A DNA stretch of 64,000 nt from Felis catus (taxonomy: Eukaryota): assembly GCF_018350175.1 (NCBI RefSeq), contig NC_058368.1, positions 116,748,001 to 116,812,000 of the forward strand. The letters run 5' to 3'. The position numbers were made by a program, and so were the translations under genes. The notes beneath the pieces are model-generated. The model had not been told where the DNA came from. It was given only the letters and a program-made list of their open reading frames with translations, and did not search any database. Positions 1 to 13,068 of this stretch are shown here, piece after piece; position 1 is the stretch's first letter, and each line of letters starts with the position of its first letter.

Positions 1-81
1 CCCCTGCAAATGGCAAACACCAATCCATTCTCTGTATAGTTTGGGTTTTTTTAAGGTTCTACACCAGTGAGATCATTTTTC

Positions 82-449
82 TTTTTTTCTTTTTTATTTA
101 TTTTTTAAAATTTACATCCAAATTAGCAAATAGTGCAACAATGATTTCAGGAGTAGATTCCTTAGTGCCCCTTACCCATTTAGCCCATCCCCCTCCCACT
201 ACCCCTCCATAAGCCTGTTTGTTCTCCAAATTTATGAGTCTCTTCTGTTTTGTCCCCCTCCGTTTTTATATTATTTTTGTTTCCCTTATGTTCATCTGTT
301 TTGTCTCTTAAAGTTCTCATATGAGTGAAGTCAAAGGATTTTTGTCTTTCTCTGACTGACTAATTTCACTTAGCGTAATACTCTCCAGTTCTATCCACAT
401 TGTTGCAAATGGCAAGATTTCATTCTTTTTGATTGCCAAGTAATACTCC

Positions 450-490
<41 letters not shown>

Positions 491-729
491 CACATTTTCT
501 TTATCCATTCATACATTATGGACATTTGGGCTCTTTCCATGCTTCAGCTATTGCTGATAGTGCTGCTATAAACATGGGGGTGCATGTGTCCCTTCGAAAC
601 AGCACGCCTGTATCCCGTGGATAAATGCCTACTAGTGCAATTGCTGGGTTGTAGGGTAGATCTATTTTTAGTTTTTTGAGGAACCTCTATACTGTTTTCC
701 AGAGCGGCTGCACCAGCTTGCATTCCCAT
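82..729 (-). mobile_element. 5'-truncated carnivore LINE-1 3' end (ORF2 C-terminus, 3' UTR, poly-A) with an internal (TG)n
   Basis: Poly-T at 82-107. Minus-strand ORF fragments resemble the L1 ORF2 C-terminus (MEYYLAIKKNEILPFATMWIELE). TSD agtgagatcatttttc at 66-81 and 730-745. Confidence 0.9.
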
Positions 730-745
730 AGTGAGATCATTTTTC

Positions 746-961
746 TTTTTTTTTTTAATGTTTATTTATTTTTTTTAAGAGAGAGAGAGACGCAGAGCAT
801 GAGTAGGGGAGGGGCAGAGAGAGAGAGGGAGACGTAGAATCCGAAGCAGGCTTCAGGGTCCAAGCTGTCAGCGCAGAGCCCAATGCGGGGTTTGAACTCA
901 CAAACTGTGAGATCATGACCTGAGCTGAAGTCGGACGCCCAACCAACTGAGCCACTCAGGC
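746..961 (-). mobile_element. Carnivore tRNA-derived SINE (Can-SINE/SINEC_Fc-like)
   Basis: T-rich tail, (GA)n tract and typical body (gagatcatgacctgagctgaagtcggacg). Flanked by tgagatcatttttctt repeats. Confidence 0.92.
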
Positions 962-989
962 AGTTGAGTGGCTTGAGATCATTTTTCTT

Positions 990-3377
990 AATGTAGTTAT
1001 TTATTGCTGTAAACTTACCTCTTAGCACTGCTTTTGCTGTATCCCCTAAGTTTTACTATGTTGTGTTTCCATTTTCACTTCTTTCAAAATATCTCTTATT
1101 TCCCTTTTGTTTCATCTTTGACCCACTGTTTTTAAGGAGTGTGTTGTTAAATTTCCAAGTATTTGTGAATTTTCCCATTTTCCTCTGGTTATCTACTTCT
1201 AGTTTCATATGATTATGGTCAGAAAAGATACTCTGTATGATTTTAGTCTTTTAAAATTTGCTGAGACTTACTTTGTGACCTAATACATGATCTATCCTGG
1301 AGAATGTTCCATGTGCTCTTGAGAGGACTGTGTATTCTGTTGAAGTTGGTGGGTATGTTCTATACATGTCTATTAAGTCCATTTGGTCTAGTTCAGTGTT
1401 TTCATACTGATTTTCTGTCTGGATGATCTCTCCATTGATGAAAGTTGGTGTACTGAAGTTCTCTGCTATTACTGTAATGTCATCTATTACTTCCTTCAGA
1501 TAAGTTAGTATTTGCTTTATATATTTATGTGCTGTGATGCTGGGTAGATATATAACAATTGTTATATTCTTTTGTTCACTTTTATCATGATATAATGACC
1601 TTTGTCTCCTGTTACGGTTTTTTACTTAAAGTCGGTTTTATCTGATATAAGTATAGCTACTCCTCTTCTCTCTTTTGGTTTCCATTTGCACAGAATATTT
1701 TTCCTTCTCTTCACTTATTTATTTGTTTGTTTATTTACTTATTTATATTTATTTATTTATTTATTTACTTATTTATTTATTTTAGAGGGAGTGAGCACAG
1801 GGTGGGGGACGGGGGGGGGGGAGAATCTCAAGCAGGCTCCATGCTTAGAGTGGAGCTCAGTGTGGGGCTTGATCTCAAGACCATGAGATCGTGACCTGAG
1901 CCTAAATTAAGAGTCAGATGCTTAACTGACTGAGTCTTTCAGGTGCCCCACAATTTACATCTTTTCAAAGGGTGTATCCATTAACAAATAATTATAACTA
2001 TCACTAGTTTTAATATATCTGTTCTTTGACTCTTAAAGTAGTTATGGCACCACCGTATTACAATATTAGAATATTCTGAATCTGACTCTATACTTACTTT
2101 ACCAGACTGTGGTATATTTTCATATGTTTTCATGTTACTAGTCATCACCCTTTCATTTCAGCTGGAAGAACTCCTTTCAGCGTTTCTCATAAGGCAGGTC
2201 TAATGGTGATGAACTCCCTGAGCCTTTTTTTTTTTTTTTAATTGGGGAAAGTCTTTATCTTGTCTCATTTCGAAGGATAACTTTACTGCATAACACATCC
2301 TTGGTTGGTGGCTTATTTTTATTTCAGCACATTGAATATATCACCCATTCTCTCCTGGCCTGCGGTGTTTCTGCTGAGAAATCTGTTAATAGCCTAATGG
2401 GGGTTTGCTTGTATGAGAGAAATTTTTTTTTCTCTTGTGTTTTTAAAATTCTCTTTGTTTTATACAGTTTTATTATAATTCATCTTAGGGAAGAGTGTTT
2501 CGGATTGAAATTTTGGGGTGACCTACTAGCTTCAGGAACTTGGATGTCCAAATCTTTCCTCATATTTGAGAAGTTCTCTGTCATTATTTCTTTAAATAAG
2601 CTTTCTACCCTTTTCCCTCTTCTCCTTCTGTGACTCCAATGATTGTTTCTTTTTAAAGGTGTCCCATAAATTCCATATGTCCCAAAGGTTTTCTTCATAC
2701 CTTTCTCTATTTTTTGTTGTTGTTGCTCCTTTTGACTGGGTTATTTAAATTATCTTTGTTGCTCCCTCTAGTGTCTGTCGGCAGCATTTCAGTTTTCTGG
2801 TTCTACAGCAGTAAGCTCTTCTGTTCTCAGTGGCCAGTAGGCATCCAAGTGTGCTGGTTTCCTGTCAGCACCCCTAGTCAGGTAGACAGATAGCAATTCC
2901 TTAGATAGCTTTCCGAAAACCCAAAAGGCTAGACACACCCTCACTTCTCTCCCTCTTTCCTGAAGGAGCAAGCTGACCCCTTGCTATTTTTGTTCTCTAT
3001 AGCCCCCAGGCATCCAAACAATGCCAGTTCCATCAGTTCTCTGATCGACGCAATACAGAAACTAGTCCTTTAGACAGCCCTGAGACCCATGTTATACTCT
3101 TCTCTTTCCCCTTGAAGGTGAAGTAGTGAGAGTATTCTTTCCGGGTGCTGAGGTGTACCAGTATGGGTGAGGGGCTGATGTGAGCAAAGTTAAAATGATC
3201 CTTCCTACTGATTTCAGTGCAGTTCTTTCAGCCTTGTGTTCACCTGGGGTACTCCAGCTTCTTAACTGGATTCTGGAATCCTCAAAAATGAATTTTGGCT
3301 TATATATCATTGTTAATGGTTATTTTTGTGTGGGAATAAGGGCTGGGAATTCCTATTCTGACATTTTGCTGGCATCA
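990..3377 (-). mobile_element. Old degraded L1 (L1M-type): 5' UTR, ORF1 remnant and start of ORF2, interrupted by a SINE at ~1714-1950
   Basis: ORF1-like translation at 2480-2698 (VESLFKEIMTENFSNMRKDLDIQVPEA). L1-like 5' terminus (rc tgatgccagcaaaatgtcagaataggaa) near 3350-3377. Confidence 0.75.
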
Positions 3378-3379
3378 TT

Positions 3380-4066
3380 TTGATACATTTTGAGTTAATT
3401 TTTGTAGCAGGTGTGAGGTAGTGATCCAACTTTATTCTTTTGCAAGTGGATATCCAGTTATCCTGGCATCATTTATTGAAAAGAACTATCCTTTCCCTGT
3501 TGAAATGTTTGGGAACCATTGTTGAAAATCAATTGATTAATAAATGTGGGAGTTCATTCCTGGATTTTGATTCTATTCCATTGATTTATATGTCTATCCT
3601 TATCCCAGTACCACATTGTTTTCATTATTGTAATTTTGTGGCAAGTTTTAAAATCAGGAACTATTAGTGCTCCAACTTTGTTCTTTTTTTCAAGATTGTG
3701 TTGGCTGTTCTGTGTGACTTGCATTCCCATGTGACTTTTAGGATCAGTTTATCAATTTCTGCAAGGAAGCCAGCTTACTTTTGATAGGGATCAATTTGTA
3801 GATCAATTTGGGCAGTATTGCCATCACCATCTTAACTAAATAAAGTCTTCTGATCCATGAACGTGGGATTTTCCCCCCATTTACTTAGTTCTTTAGTCCC
3901 TTTCAACAATGTTTTGTAGTTTTCAGAGTATGCATTTTATACTTATTTTGTTACATTTATTCCTTAGTATTTTGAGTTTTTGATGCTATTATAAATGGAA
4001 TTGTTTTCTTATTTCATTTTTTGTTGGTTCATTTTTAGAATGGTTAGTGTGTAAACTCTAATTGAT
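3380..4066 (-). mobile_element. Old L1M ORF2 fragment (post-RT region)
   Basis: Diverged homology by eye to the younger L1 at ~8300-8980. Confidence 0.7.
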
Positions 4067-4070
4067 GGAT

Positions 4071-5005
4071 TTTTAAAGTTTATATTCAAGTTAGTTAACA
4101 TACAGTGTAGTCTTTGCTTCAGGAGTAGAACCCAATTACTCATCTGTTATGTATGACACCCAGTGCTCATCCTGAAAAGTGCCCTTCTTAATGCCCATCA
4201 CCCATTAAACGCACCCTCCCACCCACCCACACCCTTCTAGAAACCCTCAGTTTGTTCTCTGTATTTAAGAGTCTTTTATGGTTTGTGTCTCTCTCTGTTT
4301 TTTTCTTATTTTTTCTTCCCTTCCCCTATGTTCATCTGTTGAGTTTCTCAAATTCCACGTATGAGTGAAATCATATGGTATCTTTCTCTGACTGACTTAT
4401 TTTGCTCAGCATAATGCCCTCCAGTTTCATTCACGTTGTTGAAAATGGCAATATTTCATTCTTTTTCATTGCCGAGTAGTATTTCATTGTGTATGTGTAC
4501 CACATCTGCTTTATCCATTCATTAGTTGATGGACATTTGGGTTCTTTCCATAGTTTGGCTATTGTTGATAGCACTGCTATAAACATTGGGGGTGTATGTG
4601 CCCCTTTGAATCAGCATTTTTGTATCCTTTGGATAAATTCCTTGCAATGCATTGCTAGGTTGTAGGGTAGTTCTATTTTTAATTTTTTTTGCGGAACCTC
4701 TATACTGTTTTCCAAAGTGGCTGCACCAGTTTGCATTCCCACCAACAGTGCAAGAGGATTCCTCTTTCTCTGCATCCTCGACAACACCTCTTGTTTCTTG
4801 TGTTGTTAATTTTAGCCACTCTGATAGCTGTGAGGTGATATCTCATTGTGGTTTTGATTTGTAATTTCCCTGATCATAAGTGATGTTGAGAATCTTTTCA
4901 TGTGTCTGTTATTCATCTGGATGTCTTCTTTGGAAAAGTGTCTGTTCATGTCTTCTGCCCATTTCTTCACTGGATTGTTTGTTTTGTGTTGAGTTTGGCA
5001 AGTTC
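4071..5005 (-). mobile_element. Carnivore L1 3' fragment (L1-C), cut off by the next insertion
   Basis: L1 3' UTR and ORF2 C-terminal sequence homologous to 7130-8025. Ends abruptly at agttc followed by poly-T. Confidence 0.85.
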
Positions 5006-5056
5006 TTTTTTTTTTTTTAATTTTAAAACCTTTATTTTTTTTATTTTTTATGTTTT

Positions 5057-5263
5057 AGCTTAAAATAACAGAAATTTATTCTCTCAAAGTTCCAGAGTTA
5101 AGAAATCCAAACTCAAGACATCTTCAGGGTCATAGTCCCTCCTAACCTTCTAGAAAAGTGTTATTCCTTGCTCTTCCAGTTTCTGGAGGCTGGTAGCTAT
5201 TTTTGGTATTTCTTGGCTTTTAGGTATCATTCTAACCGCCACATCCATTTTCACATTGATTTC
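5057..5263 (-). mobile_element. MLT1-type (MaLR) LTR fragment ending in poly-A just after its own AATAAA; probable L1 3' transduction
   Basis: agcttaaaataacagaaatttattctctc...ccttgctcttccagtttctggaggctgg matches the recalled MLT1 consensus in reverse. Poly-T at 5006-5056. Confidence 0.7.
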
Positions 5264-5289
5264 TTTGTTTTAAATTAAAAAAATATTTT

Positions 5290-7118
5290 TTCAGGAATAG
5301 AACTTAGTGATTCTTCATTTACATATAACACCCAGTGCTCATCCCAACCAGTGTCCTCCTTAATGCCCCTCACCCCCTTAGCTCTTACCCCCACCCAATA
5401 CACTGCCAGCAACCCTCAGTTTGTTCTCCATATTTAAGAGTCTTTTATGGTTTGCCTCCCTCTCTGTTTTTATATTATTTTTGCTTCCCTTCCCTTATGT
5501 TTATCTTTTTTGTGTCTTATTTATTTTTTATATTTATTTATTTTGGGGAGAATACAAGTGGGGGAGAGGTGGAGAGGGGGGCAGAGGATCTGAAGTGGGC
5601 TCTACACTGACAGGCTGACAGCAGCAAGCCTGACGTGGGGCTTGAACTCATGTACCGTGAGATCATAACCTGAACCGAAGTCAGACACTCAAATGACTGA
5701 GCCACCCAGGTGCCCTTGTTTTCTATCTTAAATTCCACATATGAGTGAAATCATATGATAATTGTCTTTCTCTGACTGACTTATTTCGCTTAGCATAACA
5801 CACTCTAGTTCCATCCAAGTTGTTGCAAATGGCTTGATTTCATTCTTGTGGTAGCCAAGTAATATTCCATTGAATATATATACCACATCTTCTTTATCCA
5901 TTCATCAGTCTATGGACATTTGAACTCTTTCCATACTTTGGCTATTGTCTATGGTGCTGCTGTAAACATTGGGGTGCATGTTCCCTGTGGATCAGCATTT
6001 TTGTATCCTTTGGGTAAATACATAGTAGTGTAATTGCTGGGCCATAGGGTAGTTCAATTTTTAATTTTTTGAGGAACCTCCATTCATTTTTCTAGAGTGG
6101 CTATACCAGTTTGCACTCCCACCAGCAGTGCATAAGCATTCCCCTTTCTCCACATCCTTGCCAACATCTCTTGTTGCCTGAGTTGTTAATTTTAGCCATT
6201 CTGATAGGTGAGGTAGTATCTCATCATCATGGTTTTGATTTGTATTTCCCTGATGATGAGTGATGATGAGTGATGTTGAACATTTTTTTCATGTCTGTTA
6301 GCCATCTGGATGTCTTCTTTGGAGAAATGCCTATTCATGTATTTTGCCCATTGCTTCACTAAATTACTTGTTTTTTGGTTGTTAAGTTTGATAAGTTCTT
6401 TGTAGATTTTGGATACTAACCCTTTGTCTGGTATGTCATTTGCAAATATCGTCTCCCATTCTGTCAGTTGCCTTTTAGTTTTGTTGATTGTTTCCTTCGC
6501 TGTGCAGAAGCTTTCTATTTTGATGAGGTCTCAATAGTTCATTTTTGCTTTTATTTCCCTTGCTTCCAGAGACATGTCAAGTAAGAAGTTGCTGTGGTCA
6601 GCGTCAAAGTGGTTGCTGCCTGTCTTCTCCTGCAGGATATTGATGGTTTCCTGTCTCACATTTAGGTCTTTCATCCCTTTAAATTTATTTTTGTGTATGG
6701 TGTAAGAAAGCAGTCCAGTTTCATTCTTCTGCATATCACTGTACAGTTCTCCTAGCACCACTTGCTAAAGAGACTGTCTTTTTTCCATTGGGCATTCTGC
6801 CCTGCTTTATTGAAGATTAGTCGGCCATATATTTGTGGGTCCATTTCTGGGTTCTATTCTGTTTCACAGATCTGTGTTTGTTTTTGTCCCAATACCATAC
6901 TGTCTTGATGATGACAGCTTTGTAATACAGGTTAAGGTCCAGAATTGTGATGCTTCCTTCTTTGGTTTTCTTTTTCAACATTCCTTTGGCTATTTGGCTA
7001 TTCTTTTGTGATTCCATACAAATTTTAGGATTGTTTGTTCTAGCTCTGCAAAGAATGCTGATGTTATTTTGATAAGGATTGCATTGAATGCATAGATTGC
7101 TTTGGGTAACATCAACAT
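5290..7118 (-). mobile_element. 3' part of carnivore L1 (L1-B), with a SINE at ~5520-5716
   Basis: ORF2 C-terminal fragments ([29 protein letters not shown]) and 3' UTR, homologous to 7130-8747. Confidence 0.88.
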
Positions 7119-10100
7119 TTTTTTTTAATTTATTTTTTTAAATATGAAATTTAATGTCAAGTTGGTTTCCATACAACATCCAGTGCTCATCCCAACAGGT
7201 TCCCTCCTCAATGCCCATCACCCACCCTCCTCTCCCTCCCACCCCCCATCAACCCTCAGTTTGTTCTCAGTTTTTAAGAGGCTCTTATGTTTTGGCTCCT
7301 TCCCTCTCTAACCTCTTTTTTTTTCCTTGTCTTCCCCCATGGTCTTCTGTTAAGTTTCCCAGGAACCACATAAGGGTGAAAACATATGGTATCCATCTTT
7401 CTCTGTATGACTTATTTCACTTAGCATAACACTCTCCAGTTCCATCCACATTGCTACAAAAGGCCATATTTCATTCTTTCTCATTGCCGTGTAGTATTCC
7501 ACTGTGTATATAAACCACAATTTCTTTATCCATTCATCAGTTGATGGACATTTAGGCTCTTTCCATAATTTGGCTATTGTTGAGAGTGCTGCCATAAACA
7601 TTGCGGGTACAAGTGCCCCTATGCATCAGCACTCCTGTATCCCTTGGGTAAATTTTTAGCAGTGCTATTGCTGGGTCATAGGGTAGATCTATTTTTAATT
7701 TTTTGAGGAACCTCCACACTGTTTTCCAGAGTGGCTGCACCAATTTGCATTCCCACCAACAGTGCAAGAGGGTTCCCGTTTCTCCAGATCCTTGCCAGCA
7801 TCTATGGTCTCCTGATTTGTTCATTTTTGCCATTCTGACTGGTGTGAGGTGGTATCTCAGTGTGGTTTTGATTTGTATTGCCCTGATGAGAAGCGACGTT
7901 GAGCATCTTTTCATGTGCTTGTTGGCCACCTGGATGTCTTCTTTAGAGAAGTGTCTATTCATGTTTTGTGCCCATTTCTTCACTGGATTATTTGTTTTTG
8001 GGGTGTGGAGTTTGGTGAGTTCTTTATAGATTTTGGATACTAGCCCTTTGTCTGATATGTTATTTGCAAATATCTTTTCCCATTCCATTGGTTGCCTTTT
8101 AGTTTTGTTGATTGTTTCCTTTGCTGTGCAGAAGCTTTTTATCTTCATGAGGTCCCAATAGTTCATTTTTGCTTTTAATTCCCTTGCCTTTGGGGATGTG
8201 TCAAGTAAGAAATTGCTGCACCTGAAGTCAGAGAGGTTTTTTTCCTGCGTTCTCTTCTAGGGTTTTGATTGTTTCCTGTCTCACATTTAGGTCCTTTATC
8301 CATTTTGAGTTTATTTTTGTGAATGGTGTAAGAAAGTGGTCTAGTTTCATCCTTCTGCATGTTGCTGTCCAGTTCTCCCAGCACCATTGTTAAAGAGACT
8401 GTCTTTTTTCCATTGGATATTCTTTCCTGCTTTGTCAAAGATTAGTTGGCCATACTTTTGTGGGTCTAATTCTGGGGTGTCTATTCTATTCCATTGGTCT
8501 ATGTGTCTGTTTCTGTGCCAATACCATGTTGTCTTGATGATTACAGCCTTGTAGTAGAGGCTAAAGTCTGGGATTGTGATGCCTCCCGCTTTGGTCTTCT
8601 TCTTCAAAATTACTTTGGTTATTCGGGGCCTTTTGTGGTTCCATACAAATTTTAGGATTGCTTGTTCTAGCTTCGGAAGAATGCTGGCACAATTTTGATT
8701 GGGATTGCATTGAATGTGTAGATAGTTTCGGGTAGTATTGACATTTTAACAATATTTATTCTTCCAATCCATGAGCACGGAATGTTTTTCCATTCTTTTA
8801 TATCTTCTTCAATTTCCTTCATAAGCTTTCTATAGTTTTCAGAATACAGATCTTTTACATCTTTGGTTAGGTTTATTCCTAGGTATTTTATGCTTCTTGG
8901 TGCAGTTGTGAATGGGATCAGTTTCTTTATTTGTCTTTCTGTTGCTTCATTATTAGTGCATAAGGATGCAACTGATTTCTCTACATTGATTTGGTGTCCT
9001 GCAACTTTGCTGAAGTCATGTATCAGTTCTAGCAGACTTTTGGTGGAGTCTACCCAGTTTTCTATGTATAATATGTCATCTGCAAAAAGTGAAAGCTTGA
9101 CTTCATCTTTGCCAATTTTGATGCCTTTGATTTCCTTTTGTTGTCTGATTGCTGATGCTAGCACTTCCAACACTATGTTAAACAACAGCGATGCGAGTGG
9201 ACATCCCTGTCATGTTCCTGATCTCAGGGGGAAAGCTCTCAGTTTTTCCCCATTGAGGATGATATTAACTGTGGGCTTTTCATAAATGGCTTTTATGATG
9301 TTTAAGTTTGTTCCTTCTATCGCTACTTTCTCGAGGGTTTTTATTAAGAAAGGATGCTGAATTTTGTCAAATGCTTTTTCTGCATCGATTGACAGGATGA
9401 TATGGTTCTTATCTTTTCTTTTATTAATGTGATGTATCACATTGATTGATTTGCGAATGTTGAACCAGCCCTGCAGCCCAGGAATGAATCCCACTTGATC
9501 ATGGTGAATAATTCTTTTTATATGCTGTTGAATTTGATTTGCTAGTATCTTATTGAGAATTTTTGCATCCATATTCATCAGGGATGTTGGCCTGTAGTTC
9601 TCTTTTTTTGCTGGGTCTCCGTCTGGTTTAGGAATCAAAGTAATGCTGGCTTCATAGAATGAGTCTGGAAGTTTTCCTTCCCCTTCTATTTTTTGGAACA
9701 GCTTGAGAAGGATAGGTATTATCTCTGCTTTAAATTTCTAGTAGAATTCCCCTGGGAAGGCATCTGGTCCTGGACTCTTATTCGTTGGGAGATTTTTGAT
9801 AACTGATTCAATTTCTTTGCTGGCTATGGGTCTGCTCAAGTTGTCTATTTCTTCCTGTTTGAGTTTTGGAAGTGTGTGGGTGCTTAGGAATTTGTCCATT
9901 TCTTCCAGGTTGTCCAGTTTGTTGGCATATAGTTTTCATAGTATTCCCTGATAATTGCTTGTATTTCTGAAGGATTGGTTGTAATAATTCCATTTTCATT
10001 TATGATTTTATCTATTTGGGCCATCTCCCTTTTCTTTTTGAGAAACCTGGCTAGAGGTTTATAAATTTTGTTTATTTAAAGAAAAAAAAAAACAACTCTT

Positions 10101-13068
10101 GGTTTCATTGATCTGCTTTACAGTTTTTTTTTAGATTCTATGTTGTTTACTTCTGCTCTGATCTTTATTATTTCTCCTCTTCTGCTGGGTTTGGAGTGTC
10201 TTTGCTGTTCTGCTTCTATTTCTTTTACGTGTGCTGTTAGATTTTGTATTTGGGATTTTTCTTGTTTCTTGAGATAGCCCTGGATTGCAATGTATTTTCC
10301 TCTCAGGACTGCCTTCGCTGCTTCCCAAAGCATTTGGATTGTTGTATTTTCATTTTCATTTGTTTCCATATATTTTTAAATTTCTTCTCTGATTGCCTGG
10401 TTGACCCATTCATTCTTTAGTGGGGTGTTCTTTAACCTCCATGCTTTTGGAGGTTTTCCAGACTTTTTCCTGTGGTTGATTTCAAGTTTCATAGCATTGT
10501 GATCTGAAAGTGTGCATGGTATGATCTCAATTCTTTTATACTTATGAAAGGCTGTTTTGTGACCCAGTATGTGATCTATCTTGAAGAATGTTCCATGTGC
10601 ACTCGAGAAGAAAGTATATTCTGTTGCTTTTGGATGCAGAGTTCTAAATATATCTGTCCTGTCCATCTGATCCAATGTATCATTCAGGGCCCTTGTTTCT
10701 TTATTGATCCTGTGTCTAGATGATCTGTCCATTGCTGCAAGTGGGGTATTAAAGTTCCCTGCAATCACCACATTCTTATCGATAAGCTTGCTTATGTTTG
10801 TGATTAATTGTTTTATATATTTGGGGGCTCCTGTATTCGGCGCATGGACATTTGTAATTGTTAGCTCTTCCTGATGGATAGACCCTGTAATTATTATATA
10901 ATGCCCCTCTTCATCTCTTGTTACAGCCTTTAAAGCCTAGTTTGTCTGATATAAGCATGGCTACTCCAGCTTTCTTTTGACTTCCAGTAGCATGATAGAT
11001 AGTTCTCCATCCCCTCACTTTCAAACTGAAGGTGTCCTCAGGTCTAAAATGAGTCTCTTATAGACAGAAAATAGATGGGTCTTGTTTTTTTTATCCATTT
11101 TGATACCCTCTGTCTTTTGGTTGGAGCATTTAGTCCATTTACATTCAGTGTTATTATAGAAAGATATGGGTTTAGAGTCATTGTGATTTCTGTAGGTTTC
11201 ATGCTTGTAGTGATGTCTCTGGTACTTTGTGGTCCTTGCAACATTTCACTCACAGAATCCCCCTTAGGATCTCTTGTAGGGCTGGTTTAGTGGTGATGAA
11301 TTCCTTCAGTTTTTGTTTGTTTGGGAAAACCTTTATCTCTCCTTCTATTCTGGTTGACAGACTTGCTGGATAAAGGATTGTCAGCTGCATATTTTTTCTG
11401 TTCATCACATTGAAGATTTCCTGTCATTCATTTCTGGCCTGCCAAGTTTCAGTAGATAGGTCTGCCACTACTCTTATAGGTCTACCTTTGTAAGTTAGAG
11501 CCTGTTTATCCCTCACTGCTTTCAGAATTTTCTCTTTATTCTTGTATTTTGCCAGTTTCACTATGATATGTCATGCAGAAGATTGATTTAAGTTACATCT
11601 GAAGGGAATTCTCTGTGCCTCTTGGATTTCAATGCCTTATTCCTTCCCCAAATCAGGGAACTTCTCAGCTATGATTTGTTCAAGTACACCTTCAGCCTCT
11701 TTCTCTCTCTTCTTCTTCTGGAATCCCTATTATACGGATATTGTTCCATTTGATTGCATCACTTAGTTCTCTAATTCTCCCCTTATACTCCTGGATTTTT
11801 TTTATCTCTCTTTTTCTCAGCTTCCTCTTTTTCCATAATTTTATCTTCTAATTCACCTATTCTCATCTGCCTCTTCAATCTGTGCTATGGCCGCCTCCAT
11901 TTTATTTTGCACCACATTTATAGCATTTTTTAGCTCCTCGTGACTATTTCTTAGTCCCTTGATCTCTGTAGCAATAGATTCTCTGGTGTCCTCTGTACTT
12001 TTCTCAAGCCCAGCAATTAATTTTATGACTATTATTCTAAATTCTTGCTCTGTTATATTGCTTAAATCATTTTTGATCAATTCGTTAGCGGTCACTACTT
12101 CCTGGAGTTTCTTTTGAGAATTCTTCCGTTTGGTCATTTTGGATAGTTTCTGGGGTGGTGCAGAACTGCAGGGCACTTCCTCTGTGCTGTCCAGAGTAAC
12201 TTGTGTTGGTGGGCTGGGCCACAGTCAGACCTGATGTCTGCCCCCACCCACCACTGGGGCCACAGTCAGACTGGTGTGTACCTTATCTTCCCCTCACCCA
12301 GGGGCAGGACTCACTGTGGAGTGGTGTGACCCCTGTCTGGGCTACTTGCACACTGCCAGGTTTGTGGTGCTGCTTTGATGGGATCTGGCATATTAGCTGG
12401 GGTGGGTCTGCAAGGTGCACAGAGATGGGAGGAGCAGCCTTAGCTAGTTTTGCCGGCGGTGGTCCCCTGGGGGAGGGGCCCTGCAGCACCCGGAGGGAGG
12501 CCGACCCCTCGGAGGGATGGATCCAAAGAAACACAGCGTTAGGCATTTGTGTGGTGCAAGCAAGTTCAGTGATGGGAACTGGTTCCCTTTGGAATTTCGG
12601 CTGTGGGATGGGAGAGGGAAATGGCACCTGCCAGCACCTTTGTTCCCCCCACTGAGCTGAGCTCTGTCTTCCGGGGTTCAACAACTCTCCTCCCGGTGTC
12701 CTCTCACCCTTCCCGCTCTCCAAGAGCAGAGCCGTTGACTTTTAACATTCCAGATGTTAAGTCCCGCTGGCTGTCAGAACTCACAGAGTCCAGCCCTCAG
12801 CTTTTGCAAACCAGACTTCGGGGGCTCTGCCTTGCTGGGCGGGTGGGCTGCTCCCCTACCGCCACGGCTCCCTCTCCCTGGTCCTTGTAGCACGCATCAC
12901 CTCTCTGCCCTTCCTGCTCTTCCATGGGCCTCTTGTCTGTGCTTGCCTCTAGTCCGTTCTGCTAGTCTTCTGGTGGTTTTCTGGATTGTTTAGGCAGATG
13001 TGGGTGGAATCTAAGTGATCAGCAGGATGAGGTAAGCCCAGCATCCTCCTACTCTGACATCTTCCTCC
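7119..13068 (-). mobile_element. Full-length (~5.95 kb) feliform LINE-1 (L1-A), ORF1 and ORF2 both disrupted
   Basis: 5' end reads rc ggaggaagatgtcagagtaggaggatgctggg. GC-rich 5' UTR at ~12140-13068. ORF1 ATG at 12137 and ORF2 ATG at 11181 (MTLNPYLSIITLNVNGLN). EN motifs (GNFNTPL, SDHN) and RT motifs ([22 protein letters not shown]) are split over several frames. Poly-T at 7119-7139. Confidence 0.95.

Noticed and set aside
12203..12993. Plus-strand ORFs in the L1 5' UTR as an ORF0 equivalent
   Set aside because: Several overlapping frames, mostly with non-ATG starts, in GC-rich sequence. No recognisable similarity to primate ORF0.
7119..13068. Active, retrotransposition-competent L1
   Set aside because: ORF1 and ORF2 are broken into many short frames, so the element cannot be autonomous.
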